This document shows positions 17,448 through 27,415 of a DNA stretch of 50,056 nucleotides, piece after piece; the first letter of the stretch is position 1; every line of letters begins with the position of its first letter. Under the pieces are notes generated by a model, which made no database searches, was not told where the DNA came from, and saw only the letters and a list, made by a program, of their open reading frames with translations. The stretch spans positions 1-50,056 of the forward strand of contig JBAWXL010000002.1 in the NCBI GenBank assembly GCA_037144095.1. The letters run 5' to 3'. The translations under genes and the position numbers were made by a program. This DNA comes from Bacteroidota bacterium. GTDB lineage: Bacteria > Bacteroidota > Bacteroidia > Bacteroidales > CAIXTV01.

Positions 17448-18767
17448 ATGCAAACTACTTCAAATCATAAACACTTATACTACATTGCTTTTATGTTAAT
17501 GGCAAGCACATTCTTGCCTTTGGTGTTCAACAATTTACCTCCTTTAATTCGAAGCCATCATATTTGGACAATTATTTGGGGCGTTTCGTTGCTTGCTTCT
17601 TACCCAAAAATCTTTTTGAACAAAGCAATGAAATATCTATTGTTTTATGCCTTTTTTTTGATTATTGCATTAAATACAATATTGAGCAGTATTGATGAAT
17701 GGAATTATAAAACCCTTCTAACCGAACTATATCAAATTGCAATTGGCCTTTCTGTCTTTACTTATTTTATTGAAAAAAAAGACTATATAGGTTTAGCCAA
17801 TCTTACTAAATGGGCTATTGTGTTTATTATTATCACTGCAGTAATGACTATAATATCGTCTGCAATTGATCCATTGTATGCAAGGAAAATTATTGGAGTA
17901 TCTGGAGTTTCTAATGAGTCAGAAATAGAAAACTTGATAACTTTTAAACGCTTTGGAGGAGGAGGTTATTCGACTGCCGGAGCCTTTATGTGCCTTTTCC
18001 CTATCTTTATTTATTACTATAAAAATATCGAATTAAGCATTGTTTCAAAAAGAATTATAATTCTTTTTTCAATTCTTGTTTTTCTAGCTTTAACAGGTAT
18101 GCAAATATTTTCTAACCTCCTTATTGCAGCTTGCTTTAGTATTATTGCCTTTCTTGGAATGAAAAAAATAAAACAATCTATTGCAGCCATTGTTTTATTT
18201 TTATCCATCTTGATTTTTGTTCCTAAAGAAGCATATGTTAACAGTTTACTCTTCATTGGAAGCAATTTCACAAAGGGCTCTGAGTTAGATTTAAAATTTA
18301 AAGATTTAGCTATGTTTATTGAATTAGGAAGTGAAATTGAAGAAGGAGGTACTGGCGCAGGGGATAGAGCTGTAAGATATGTCGAATTATCAGAAACATT
18401 TGTTCAGGCTCCAATTTTGGGATGTTATTTCCTGCCTGTAAATAATGCTTATGGCTATTTTGATCACACGATTAATTATGGTGAAATCATTCAGGTTGAA
18501 GGAACACACCTTCATTGGATGAACAAATTGGTTATTACTGGAATTATTGGAATGGCTATTTTCTTTTTTATTCCATTTAATTTTATAAAAAACAATTTTC
18601 GTCGTTTCGACCAAACATTTAAATTCTATTATATTCTCGCATCTTTAAGTATTATTAGTTATGGTTTTTTTAAAACTGTTGCAGGACGCGAAACATGGTA
18701 TGCGTTTTTTATTCTGATACCGGGTCTATATTACCTTCCATTATTAAAAAAAGAAAATAAAGATTAA
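17448..18767 (+). CDS. wzy: Wzy-like O-antigen/capsule repeat-unit polymerase (O-antigen ligase-like membrane protein)
   Basis: Polytopic membrane protein with a large loop (GSEIEEGGTGAGDRAVRY) and no enzyme motifs, in a wzx/GT context. The ORF opens at TTG 17433; ATG 17448 is the more likely start. Confidence 0.55.
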   Translation: MQTTSNHKHLYYIAFMLMASTFLPLVFNNLPPLIRSHHIWTIIWGVSLLASYPKIFLNKAMKYLLFYAFFLIIALNTILSSIDEWNYKTLLTELYQIAIGLSVFTYFIEKKDYIGLANLTKWAIVFIIITAVMTIISSAIDPLYARKIIGVSGVSNESEIENLITFKRFGGGGYSTAGAFMCLFPIFIYYYKNIELSIVSKRIIILFSILVFLALTGMQIFSNLLIAACFSIIAFLGMKKIKQSIAAIVLFLSILIFVPKEAYVNSLLFIGSNFTKGSELDLKFKDLAMFIELGSEIEEGGTGAGDRAVRYVELSETFVQAPILGCYFLPVNNAYGYFDHTINYGEIIQVEGTHLHWMNKLVITGIIGMAIFFFIPFNFIKNNFRRFDQTFKFYYILASLSIISYGFFKTVAGRETWYAFFILIPGLYYLPLLKKENKD

Positions 18768-18799
18768 AAAAAGTCTGATTATTTGAACAAAAATAAAAA

Positions 18800-19810
18800 A
18801 TGAAAACAAAAAAAAACCTACTCATTACCGGTGGTACAGGCTCTTTTGGAAATGCAGTTTTAAAACGCTTTCTATCCAGTGACGAATATCAAGAAATCCG
18901 CATTTTTAGTCGCGATGAAAAGAAGCAGGACGACATGCGACAGTTTTATCTAAATGATAAAATTAAATATTATATTGGGGATGTAAGAGATAAAAGAAGT
19001 TTAGTGAACGCTATGTCAGGTGTTGATTATGTTTTTCATGCTGCAGCTTTAAAACAAGTCCCGTCTTGCGAGTTCTTTCCTATGGAAGCTGTAAAAACAA
19101 ATGTAAATGGAACTGAAAACGTAATTGATGCAGCAATCCAGGAAGGAGTTAGTAAACTTATACTTCTAAGCACTGATAAAGCTGTTTATCCAATTAATGC
19201 TATGGGTATGTCAAAAGCAATTGCCGAAAAAGTGCTTATTGCTAAAAGCAGAAACCTTAACAGATCAGATATTACACTTTGTGGCACCAGATACGGAAAT
19301 GTTATGGCTTCACGGGGTAGCGTAATACCCTTATTTGTTGAGCAGATAAAGAAAAACAAATCAATTACCATTACTGATCCCAATATGACTAGATTTATGA
19401 TGTCATTAAATGAGGCTGTTGATTTAGTTTTTTATGCCTTTAATCATGGCGAACAAGGTGATATTTTTGTTCAAAAAGCCCCTGCCGCCACTATTCATGA
19501 TTTAGCAATATCTCTTCAGGAAATATTTAATTGCAATAATGAAATAAAAATCATTGGCACCCGACATGGCGAAAAACTTTATGAAACCCTCGTAAACAGA
19601 GAGGAAATGGTAAAAGCTATCGACATGGGAGATTATTATAGAATTCCTGCCGATACAAGAGATCTGAATTACGACAAATATTTTTCCGAAGGAAGTGAAA
19701 ATGTTGCCTTTGTCGAAGACTATCATTCACATAACACCTATCGATTAAACATAAACGAGCTGAAAGAAATATTACTAAAATTAGATTATATTAAAAACGA
19801 ACTAAAATAA
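18800..19810 (+). CDS. UDP-GlcNAc 4,6-dehydratase/5-epimerase of the CapE/FnlA/WbjB/WbvB type
   Basis: LLITGGTGSFGNAVLKRFL and FHAAALKQVPSCE. MGMSK gives MxxxK in place of YxxxK, as in CapE-type enzymes. Confidence 0.8.
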   Translation: MKTKKNLLITGGTGSFGNAVLKRFLSSDEYQEIRIFSRDEKKQDDMRQFYLNDKIKYYIGDVRDKRSLVNAMSGVDYVFHAAALKQVPSCEFFPMEAVKTNVNGTENVIDAAIQEGVSKLILLSTDKAVYPINAMGMSKAIAEKVLIAKSRNLNRSDITLCGTRYGNVMASRGSVIPLFVEQIKKNKSITITDPNMTRFMMSLNEAVDLVFYAFNHGEQGDIFVQKAPAATIHDLAISLQEIFNCNNEIKIIGTRHGEKLYETLVNREEMVKAIDMGDYYRIPADTRDLNYDKYFSEGSENVAFVEDYHSHNTYRLNINELKEILLKLDYIKNELK

Positions 19811-19817
19811 AATTGTA

Positions 19818-20945
19818 ATGAAAATAATGACAATTGTCGGCACACGTCCCGAAATCATTAAGTTAAGCAGAGTAATTGCTCAATTAGAAAAGCACACCGA
19901 ACATGTATTAGTTCATACAGGACAAAATTATGCGTATGAATTGAATGAATTGTTTTTCGAAGAAATGGAGATTAGAAAACCCGACATTTTTTTAGATGCT
20001 GTCGGGAAAACCACCGCTGAAACTATTGGCAATGTAATTGCAAAGTCAGATGAGGTTATGGAAATTGAAAAACCTGATGCAGTATTATTATATGGCGACA
20101 CAAATAGTTGCTTAGCTGTAATTTCAGCAAAAAGAAAAAAAATTCCAATTTTCCATTTTGAAGCAGGCAATAGATGTTTCGACCTGAGAGTCCCTGAAGA
20201 AATCAACCGCAAAATTGACGATCATTTAAGCGACATTAATATGCCTCTAACCGAGCATGCCCGACGGTATTTGTTGAATGAAGGATTAAAACCCGAAACG
20301 GTTATTAAAATAGGTTCTCCAATGAAAGAAATTTTAATCTATAATATGCCAAAGATTGAAAAATCCAACATTTTAGATAGATTAAATTTAAAAGAAAGAG
20401 GATATTTTGTTCTCAGCACTCACAGAGAAGAAAATGTTGATTCTGAAGAAAACTTTTCCGATCTACTCAATTCTTTAAATGAAATAGCTTCAAAATACGA
20501 TAAAAGAATAATAGTTTCTACCCACCCTCGTACAATGAAAAAGCTCAATGAATTAAAAGATAAAATTTTAGACAAACGAATTGAGTTTATGAAACCAATG
20601 GGCTTTTTCGATTATGTAAAACTTCAGCTAAAAGCCTTTTGTGTAATTTCCGATAGCGGAACCATTACCGAAGAATCCTCAATCTTAAATTTCCCCGCAA
20701 TAACAATTAGGCAGGCACACGAGCGCCCCGAAGGAATGGATGAAGGCACTTTAATTATGTCAGGACTAAAAACCGACCTGGTTCTAAAGGCAATAGAGGT
20801 TGTAACCTCAGAACATGATTTCGAAAACAGAAAATTCAAACTGGTGAACGATTATGATGTCGATAATTTTTCATTAAAAGTAACCAGAATCATATTTAGC
20901 TACGTCGATTATATAAACAGAACTGTTTGGCACAAAACAAACTAA
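19818..20945 (+). CDS. UDP-2-acetamido-2,6-dideoxy-hexose 2-epimerase (FnlC/CapG/WbjD/WbvD-type), 2-epimerase paralog 2
   Basis: IMTIVGTRPEIIKLSRV, VHTGQNYAYELN, YGDTNSCLA, FEAGNRCFDLRVPEEINR, SDSGTITEE. Confidence 0.8.
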   Translation: MKIMTIVGTRPEIIKLSRVIAQLEKHTEHVLVHTGQNYAYELNELFFEEMEIRKPDIFLDAVGKTTAETIGNVIAKSDEVMEIEKPDAVLLYGDTNSCLAVISAKRKKIPIFHFEAGNRCFDLRVPEEINRKIDDHLSDINMPLTEHARRYLLNEGLKPETVIKIGSPMKEILIYNMPKIEKSNILDRLNLKERGYFVLSTHREENVDSEENFSDLLNSLNEIASKYDKRIIVSTHPRTMKKLNELKDKILDKRIEFMKPMGFFDYVKLQLKAFCVISDSGTITEESSILNFPAITIRQAHERPEGMDEGTLIMSGLKTDLVLKAIEVVTSEHDFENRKFKLVNDYDVDNFSLKVTRIIFSYVDYINRTVWHKTN

Positions 20946-20947
20946 AA

Positions 20948-21802
20948 ATGGAATTCAAAAAAATATTGATATTAGACGCAACAGGAATGGCAGGTCATGT
21001 CATTAGTCAATATCTAAATTCATTACACAAATATCAAATCACAAATTTGAATTTAGATAATCCTTCGCCTAACGATATACTTATTGATATTTATAACACG
21101 AAGCAATTAAAAGAAACAATTCTTCGCGAAAAACCCGCCATTATTATAAATTGTCTGCGATTATTAATTGAGGAGTCAGAGGCAAATCCTGATAAAGCAA
21201 TTTATTTCAACAGCTATATTCCACATTATCTATCGAAAGTTGCTAGTGAAATAAATGCAAAAGTAATTCAACTAAGCACCGATTGTGTTTTTTCGGGTAA
21301 AAAGGGAGCATATAACGAAGATGACTTTAAAGATGGAGAAAATTATTATGCCCGCACCAAAGCTTTAGGCGAACTTGTTAATGAGAGGGATCTCACTCTA
21401 CGCACTTCTTTCATTGGACCTAATATTAATAACAAAAACGAAGAACTATTTCATTGGTTTTTGATGCAAAAAGGAGAAATAAATGGCTATTCAAATGCCT
21501 ATTGGACAGGTGTAACAACTTTAGAATTAGCGAAATCTATCGAAAAGGCAATTGAGTTAAATTTGACTGGCTTACATCATGTAGTTCCTTCCGAAAAAAT
21601 TTCCAAGTTCGATTTACTGAATCTGATAAAAGAAATTTGGCAGAAAGATGATGTTTCAATAAAGGAGTGCAATACGGTTTCTATTGATAAAAGTCTAATC
21701 AACAATAAAAAAGCAATCGCAGTAGCCAACTACACCACAATGTTCTCCGAGTTAAATCAGTGGATGCTAAACAACAAAGAATTATATGGAAGCTACATCT
21801 AA
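20948..21802 (+). CDS. RmlD-like SDR reductase (WbvR/FnlB-role candidate)
   Basis: ILILDATGMAGH, STDCVFSG, YARTKALGE. ATG 20948 lies just after the upstream stop; the ORF track starts earlier at TTG 20927. Confidence 0.65.
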   Translation: MEFKKILILDATGMAGHVISQYLNSLHKYQITNLNLDNPSPNDILIDIYNTKQLKETILREKPAIIINCLRLLIEESEANPDKAIYFNSYIPHYLSKVASEINAKVIQLSTDCVFSGKKGAYNEDDFKDGENYYARTKALGELVNERDLTLRTSFIGPNINNKNEELFHWFLMQKGEINGYSNAYWTGVTTLELAKSIEKAIELNLTGLHHVVPSEKISKFDLLNLIKEIWQKDDVSIKECNTVSIDKSLINNKKAIAVANYTTMFSELNQWMLNNKELYGSYI

Positions 21803-23015
21803 AACAGAAAAAACTTCATTTATAAAAATCATTTTCTTTGGAAATTTCCCATTTGGTGGACCATCAGCCAATCTGGTGCGGAATTTCGCTATGTCTCTTA
21901 CCGAAAACAAGAATAATCAACTCGAAATAATTTTACCCACAGGCAACTGTTACGGCAAAACAGATGACATTGAATCAAAACGTAAAGCAAAATTTGGAAG
22001 CGTAAATTATAGATACATGAGTTATAAAAATCATCCAAAAAATATTTTCGCAAAAATATTTGAAATGTTTTTTGGGGTTTTAAACACCCTGATTTATCTG
22101 ATAATATGCAGAATTAAAGAAAGAAAAAACATCACAATATTTTATAATACAGAATTTTCCTTTCCTTTCCTTCTATTAAGCAAATTGCTGAATAATAAAT
22201 TCATTTTCATATTACCCGAATTCTACGAAAAACCAAATTCTGATAACTATGCAATGTCAGGTTTTAAATGGAAAATCTTCTATTTTCACATGAAGCATAT
22301 TATCAAATATGCCGATCGGTTTTTTGTAGCATCATATTATTTGAAAGATTATATACAGAATACATTAAAAAGCAAAAAAGAAGTTTATGTATTACCAAAT
22401 GTCATTGATCCATCTATCTTTGAATTAGAAAACATAAAGCCATTTAAAGAAAACATAATAACCATTGGCTATACCGGAAATCCAACCAGAAAAGATGGTA
22501 TACTGGATTTAATCAAAAGCTTTAGCATCCTGAATAAGAAATTTCCCAACACCCACCTGCTGGTTATTGGCGATCGAACCAATGGCGAAAGTCTTGTGCC
22601 ACAACTACTCCAATATGCAACCGAAAATGGTTCTGAAAAAAACATCACCTTTACAGGTTTAGTTGCATTTAGTAAAATCCCCGAACTACTCAACTCTTGT
22701 CAAATATTAGCCTTAACCCGACCCAACGGGGTGTTTGCCGAAGCAGGATTTCCCACCAAGCTTGGCGAGTATTTTTCCTGCAAAAAACCGGTCCTTATTA
22801 CCAAAGTTGGCGACATCCCACGCTATTTCACCAACCATGAACAAGTAGTTTTAGCCGACCCCGAAAACATTGAGTCTATTGTCAAAGGCTTTGAAGCAAT
22901 AATTACCGATAATGCACTTTCCAATCGATTGGGCTTAAGTGGATATAAATGGATGAATGACAATTTAAACTATCTTAATATATCAAAGAAAATATCAGAT
23001 TTTATTTCTGCCTAA
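21786..23015 (+). CDS. GT4-family glycosyltransferase (WbuB-like position after the 6-deoxy-L-HexNAc genes)
   Basis: GYTGNPTRKDGILDLI, FAEAGFPTKLGEYFSCKKPVLITKVGDIP. Confidence 0.7.
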   Translation: MEATSKTEKTSFIKIIFFGNFPFGGPSANLVRNFAMSLTENKNNQLEIILPTGNCYGKTDDIESKRKAKFGSVNYRYMSYKNHPKNIFAKIFEMFFGVLNTLIYLIICRIKERKNITIFYNTEFSFPFLLLSKLLNNKFIFILPEFYEKPNSDNYAMSGFKWKIFYFHMKHIIKYADRFFVASYYLKDYIQNTLKSKKEVYVLPNVIDPSIFELENIKPFKENIITIGYTGNPTRKDGILDLIKSFSILNKKFPNTHLLVIGDRTNGESLVPQLLQYATENGSEKNITFTGLVAFSKIPELLNSCQILALTRPNGVFAEAGFPTKLGEYFSCKKPVLITKVGDIPRYFTNHEQVVLADPENIESIVKGFEAIITDNALSNRLGLSGYKWMNDNLNYLNISKKISDFISA

Positions 23016-23156
23016 CATATTAAAAAACTTGAATTTAATTCCTCTAATTTTTTTTAATTCATTTTTATTGATATAAAATGAATATTATTAAAGGATATTC
23101 CCTGAAATAAATTCATTTTATCCGGTTTCGAATAAAAAAAATCCAATTTTATTCTC

Positions 23157-23382
23157 ACAACAGCGAGGTTCATTGTTAAAACAAGAGGGCTTATTGTTAC
23201 GACAGCGAGGTTCATTGTTAAAACAAGAAGGTTTATTGTTACGACAGCGAGGTTCATTGTTAAAACAGGAAGGTTTATTGTTACGACAGCGAGGTTCGTT
23301 GTTAAAACAGGAGGGTTTATTGTTACGACAGCGAGGTTTATTGTTAAAAAAACAAGGATGATTTTCACGATAGCGAGCATAG
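23157..23382. repeat. Array B: about 5.4 tandem 42-bp units (ACGACAGCGAGGTTCATTGTT + AAAACAAGAAGGTTTATTGTT)
   Basis: Parsed by hand. The two 21-nt halves of a unit match at 15/21 positions, so the base period is 21. Intergenic (23015/23586). Confidence 0.95.
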
Positions 23383-23585
23383 ATATTACATTTTAATACC
23401 TTGGTTATGAGACAAATAAATCAGACAATACAACCTTTTTCTATATTTATCGAACCAAAATCGAGGATTGCTATATGTAAAGATGAATCTACACGAATTA
23501 CGGTATTGGTATAAAATGCTGATTATTTGAAGAAATAAAGAACATTTTAATAGTTGTAAAACATTTCATGCATTTGTAAAATAAT

Positions 23586-24128
23586 ATGAGACTTATAAAG
23601 AACAGTAAGTTTAAAGTAGTTATGTCATTATTAAGGTTTATTATAATTAAACTATATTGTTATAATAAACTACACACAAAAGGCTTGTCATTAATTGGTT
23701 ATAAGTCAGCTGTATTTATTTCCGGATCTTGCAATATTGGTAAAAAAGCACAAGTTGACGATTATGTTGAAATTCAATCTAAAGGGAAACTAACAATTGG
23801 AGATAACTTTTCTATTAATAAATACTCACGAATAATTTGCTATGACAATATTTCAATTGGAAATAATTGCGTTATGGCACAGTTTGTCAGCATCATCGAC
23901 CATGATCACAGTTTCTATAAAGAAGGAGAAAACATCAAATTCAGTAATTACTTAACAAGCCCTATTTCCATTGGCAATAATGTATGGATAGCAGATAAAG
24001 TCACCATCCTCAAGGGAATAAATATTGGAAGCAATGTAATTATCGGGGCAAACTCAGTTGTAACAAAGCATATACCTTCAAATTCCATTGCAGCAGGTAA
24101 TCCTTGTCGTGTAATTAAATCAATTTAA
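23586..24128 (+). CDS. Hexapeptide-repeat acetyltransferase (maltose/galactoside O-acetyltransferase-like)
   Basis: IGNNCVMAQFVSIIDHDH, IGNNVWIADKVTILKGINIGSNVIIGANSVV, AAGNPCRVIK. Confidence 0.8.
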   Translation: MRLIKNSKFKVVMSLLRFIIIKLYCYNKLHTKGLSLIGYKSAVFISGSCNIGKKAQVDDYVEIQSKGKLTIGDNFSINKYSRIICYDNISIGNNCVMAQFVSIIDHDHSFYKEGENIKFSNYLTSPISIGNNVWIADKVTILKGINIGSNVIIGANSVVTKHIPSNSIAAGNPCRVIKSI

Positions 24129-24139
24129 AAACATTTGTT

Positions 24140-25228
24140 ATGAAAAGAAGGAACCCTGGAGTATTAATGGTTGGCTCAGATCTGACTTCAAATGGAGGCA
24201 TTGCAAGTGTCATAAAAACATTATATGCTTCCTACTCAAAATCTGATTTTCCCTTTCGTTTATTCTTGCTTAAAACATGTTATTATAACGACAAAGGTAT
24301 TCTATGGGAGCTTTTTATACTAATTAAAGCCATTCTGGTTTTCACTCCAATTATAATTAAACATAATGTCAAGATTGTCCACCTACACACATCCAGTAAT
24401 CTAAGTTATTATCGGACAATAATATTTTTCTTTATTTCTAAATTACTAAGACGAAAAACTATTTTACATTTTCATGCAAGTAATTTTTCCGATTTTTTCA
24501 TTCATAACAACAAATCCTACAAGCTTAATAAATTCGTATTTAAACATACCGACCAAATACTGGTATTATGCAATGAGTGGAAAAATCAGCTAATGGATAA
24601 ATATGGTATTGACAATGCAACATTCCTGCCTAATCCAATCCCAAACATCCCACAAGAAGTAGTTAAAGAGACTGAAGCTAAAAGCAACAAATGTTTCCAA
24701 ATTTTGTTTATTGGTTTTCTAATTAAAACAAAAGGTATTATAGAAATAATTGAATTAGCAACATTACTGAAAAAGAATAAAGTAAATGCCAAAATAATTA
24801 TTGCAGGAAAAGGATTACTTCATGATTTTATTATTACAGAAATAGAGAACAAAGAACTATCTGAGTATTTAGAATACTTTGGTTGGGCAAATGAGGTTTC
24901 CAAAACGACACTTTACCTTAATAGTGATTTGTTTTTATTACCCTCATATAAAGAAGGAATGCCAATTACCATACTTGAAGCAATGACTTATGGTTTGCCA
25001 ATCATTTCTACAAACATTGCAGGTATTCCTGATGAAGTTGTTCATGCTAAAAATGGCTTTTTATATCAGCCAGGCGATGTATCAGGATTTTATAATGGAA
25101 TAACCACACTAATAAACAACAAAGAACTGCGAGTCGAAATGAGAAAAGAAAGTCTTAAGAAAGTAAAATCATTTGACAGCTCCGTAATATTTAATCGATT
25201 ATTATTAATTTATAAAGAATTACTATAA
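24140..25228 (+). CDS. GT4-family glycosyltransferase
   Basis: LLPSYKEGMPITILEAMTYGLPIISTNIAGIPDEV, an EX7E-type motif. Confidence 0.8.
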   Translation: MKRRNPGVLMVGSDLTSNGGIASVIKTLYASYSKSDFPFRLFLLKTCYYNDKGILWELFILIKAILVFTPIIIKHNVKIVHLHTSSNLSYYRTIIFFFISKLLRRKTILHFHASNFSDFFIHNNKSYKLNKFVFKHTDQILVLCNEWKNQLMDKYGIDNATFLPNPIPNIPQEVVKETEAKSNKCFQILFIGFLIKTKGIIEIIELATLLKKNKVNAKIIIAGKGLLHDFIITEIENKELSEYLEYFGWANEVSKTTLYLNSDLFLLPSYKEGMPITILEAMTYGLPIISTNIAGIPDEVVHAKNGFLYQPGDVSGFYNGITTLINNKELRVEMRKESLKKVKSFDSSVIFNRLLLIYKELL

Positions 25229-25238
25229 ACTATTCACT

Positions 25239-27374
25239 ATGCAACAGTTAACTCAACAACTAAAGTCAGGACAAATGGAAATAATGGAAGTGCCTTTTCC
25301 TTCATTAGGCGATAATGAAATAATGGTTAGAAATCATTATTCTGTCATTTCGGCTGGCACAGAAGGGAAAAACGTATCAGATGCCCGTAAAGGGTATATT
25401 GCAAAAGCAAAAAGCAGACAAAAAGAAGTCAAGATGGTCATTGAAATGATTAAATCTCAAGGCTTCAAAGAAACATACGATTTTGTAATGAACAAACTGG
25501 AAGCTGCTTCCCCTTTAGGATATAGTTGTGCAGGAGAGGTAATAGCAGTTGGGAATAACATCAAATCTATCGCCGTTGGAGACAGAGTCGCATGCGGTGG
25601 TGATGGAGCTTTCCATGCTGATGTGGTGGTTGTAACAGAAAATCTATGTGTCAAAATTAAAGATAATGTTTCATTTAAACATGCTGCATTTGCTACTATT
25701 GCCGCTATTGCTATTCAGGGAATACGACAGGCAGAATTAAATTTCGGATCAAACTGTACTATAATTGGATTAGGATTAATTGGTCAGCTAACCATTCAAA
25801 TTTTAAAAGCATCAGGTATTCACTCAATTGGAATTGATATTAATCAGGAACAAGTAAATGCAGCCAAGCTATGTGGTGCAGATTTAGCTTTAAACCGCAA
25901 TGATTTGGGTTTGGAACAACTTATCAATACTTATACAGATGGCTTTGGAACTGATGCTGTTATTATAACAGCTGGTTCAAGTTCATTAGACCCTGTTGAA
26001 CTTGCCGGAATTCTTTGCCGTAAAAAAGGGAAGGTGGTGATTGTCGGAGCAGTTCCTACCGGATTTAGCCGTGCAAATTATTACAAAAAAGAATTAGACC
26101 TAAAGATGGCAATGTCGTATGGTCCTGGCAGGTATGACATTAATTATGAAGAAAAAGGGATTGACTATCCGATTGGTTATGTTCGATTTACTGAACAAAG
26201 AAACATGAAAACTTTTGTTGATTTCATAGCAGAGGATAAATTAAATTTAGATTTAATTGTAACTCACGAATTTGAACTACAAGACGCTGAGAAGGCTTAT
26301 GACATGATTCTGGCAAAGAATGAACCATTTTCAGGAATTGTAATTAAATATGATCAGGAATCTATTCTCCAAAAGGTTGTTATTAAAGAAAGAACAGCAA
26401 AGAATACAAGCAAACCCAGAGTGGGCTTGATTGGTGCTGGAAATTTTGCGCAAGGGACACTTCTTCCCAGAATGAAAGACTTATGTGAGATTGTTGGTGT
26501 TGCAACAGCTACAGGAAATCAATCAAAGTATGTATCAAATAAGTATAATATTCCTTATTGTTTTGATGGAGGAGAAAGACTAATAGAATGCGAGGATATT
26601 AACACAGTTTTCATAACAACAAGGCACAATTTACATGCAAAATATATAATTGAATCACTTAAGGCTGGAAAACATGTTTTTGTGGAGAAACCTCTAGCTA
26701 TGACCATTAATGAACTTGAAGAAATTCATTCAGTTTATGAAGAATTAAATGCAAAATCCAAGAATCTGCTAATGGTAGGTTTTAATAGAAGATTTGCACC
26801 TGCAATTCAAAAAATAAAAACCATGTTTAATGATAATCAGCAAAAATCTATAAATATCAGGATTAACGCAGGAGCTGTTCCTGCTGAACATTGGGTAAAC
26901 GATCCTGTATTGGGCGGAGGAAGAATGATTGGAGAAGGATGTCATTTTATAGATTTAGCAATGTTTTTAGCTGGTGGTTTAATAACTTCTGTTTCAGCAG
27001 AAAGTTTCACAGGTGCAAGTAATTTACAAGACACTATGGTTGTCAGTCTTCGTTTTGAAAACGGAAGCATTGCCAACCTTTCTTATTTTTCTAATGGAAA
27101 TAAAGCATTGCCCAAAGAATATATTGAAGTTTTTTGTGGAGGAGCGGTTGCAATTATAGATGATTTCAAAAGTCTTACTCTTTACGGAAAAAACAAATCA
27201 AAAATCAAATTAAAGGGTCAGGATAAAGGACACTCAAATGAATTAAAAACCTTCTTAAATGCTATTGAAAAAGGGGATAGTAATCCAATTCCTTTTAATG
27301 AAAGTTATCATAGTACCTTGGTTACATTTAAAGTTTTAGAATCTCTGCGTGAAAACCGAAAGATTTTAATTTAA
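25239..27374 (+). CDS. Bi-domain oxidoreductase: N-terminal zinc-type alcohol dehydrogenase (MDR) fused to C-terminal Gfo/Idh/MocA
   Basis: N-terminal half: GYSCAGEV..VGDRVAC, IIGLGLIGQL. C-terminal half: RVGLIGAGNFA, EKPLA, GFNRRFAP. Confidence 0.8.
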   Translation: MQQLTQQLKSGQMEIMEVPFPSLGDNEIMVRNHYSVISAGTEGKNVSDARKGYIAKAKSRQKEVKMVIEMIKSQGFKETYDFVMNKLEAASPLGYSCAGEVIAVGNNIKSIAVGDRVACGGDGAFHADVVVVTENLCVKIKDNVSFKHAAFATIAAIAIQGIRQAELNFGSNCTIIGLGLIGQLTIQILKASGIHSIGIDINQEQVNAAKLCGADLALNRNDLGLEQLINTYTDGFGTDAVIITAGSSSLDPVELAGILCRKKGKVVIVGAVPTGFSRANYYKKELDLKMAMSYGPGRYDINYEEKGIDYPIGYVRFTEQRNMKTFVDFIAEDKLNLDLIVTHEFELQDAEKAYDMILAKNEPFSGIVIKYDQESILQKVVIKERTAKNTSKPRVGLIGAGNFAQGTLLPRMKDLCEIVGVATATGNQSKYVSNKYNIPYCFDGGERLIECEDINTVFITTRHNLHAKYIIESLKAGKHVFVEKPLAMTINELEEIHSVYEELNAKSKNLLMVGFNRRFAPAIQKIKTMFNDNQQKSINIRINAGAVPAEHWVNDPVLGGGRMIGEGCHFIDLAMFLAGGLITSVSAESFTGASNLQDTMVVSLRFENGSIANLSYFSNGNKALPKEYIEVFCGGAVAIIDDFKSLTLYGKNKSKIKLKGQDKGHSNELKTFLNAIEKGDSNPIPFNESYHSTLVTFKVLESLRENRKILI

Positions 27375-27415
27375 AGTATACTTTTTACGAAAAGCACCCA
27401 ATATAATCATTTGAA

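Noticed and set aside
23054-23586. Bacteroides-style invertible promoter between modules 2 and 3
   Set aside because: I found no pair of inverted repeats flanking a promoter segment and no site-specific recombinase gene nearby. The structure is direct tandem repeats.
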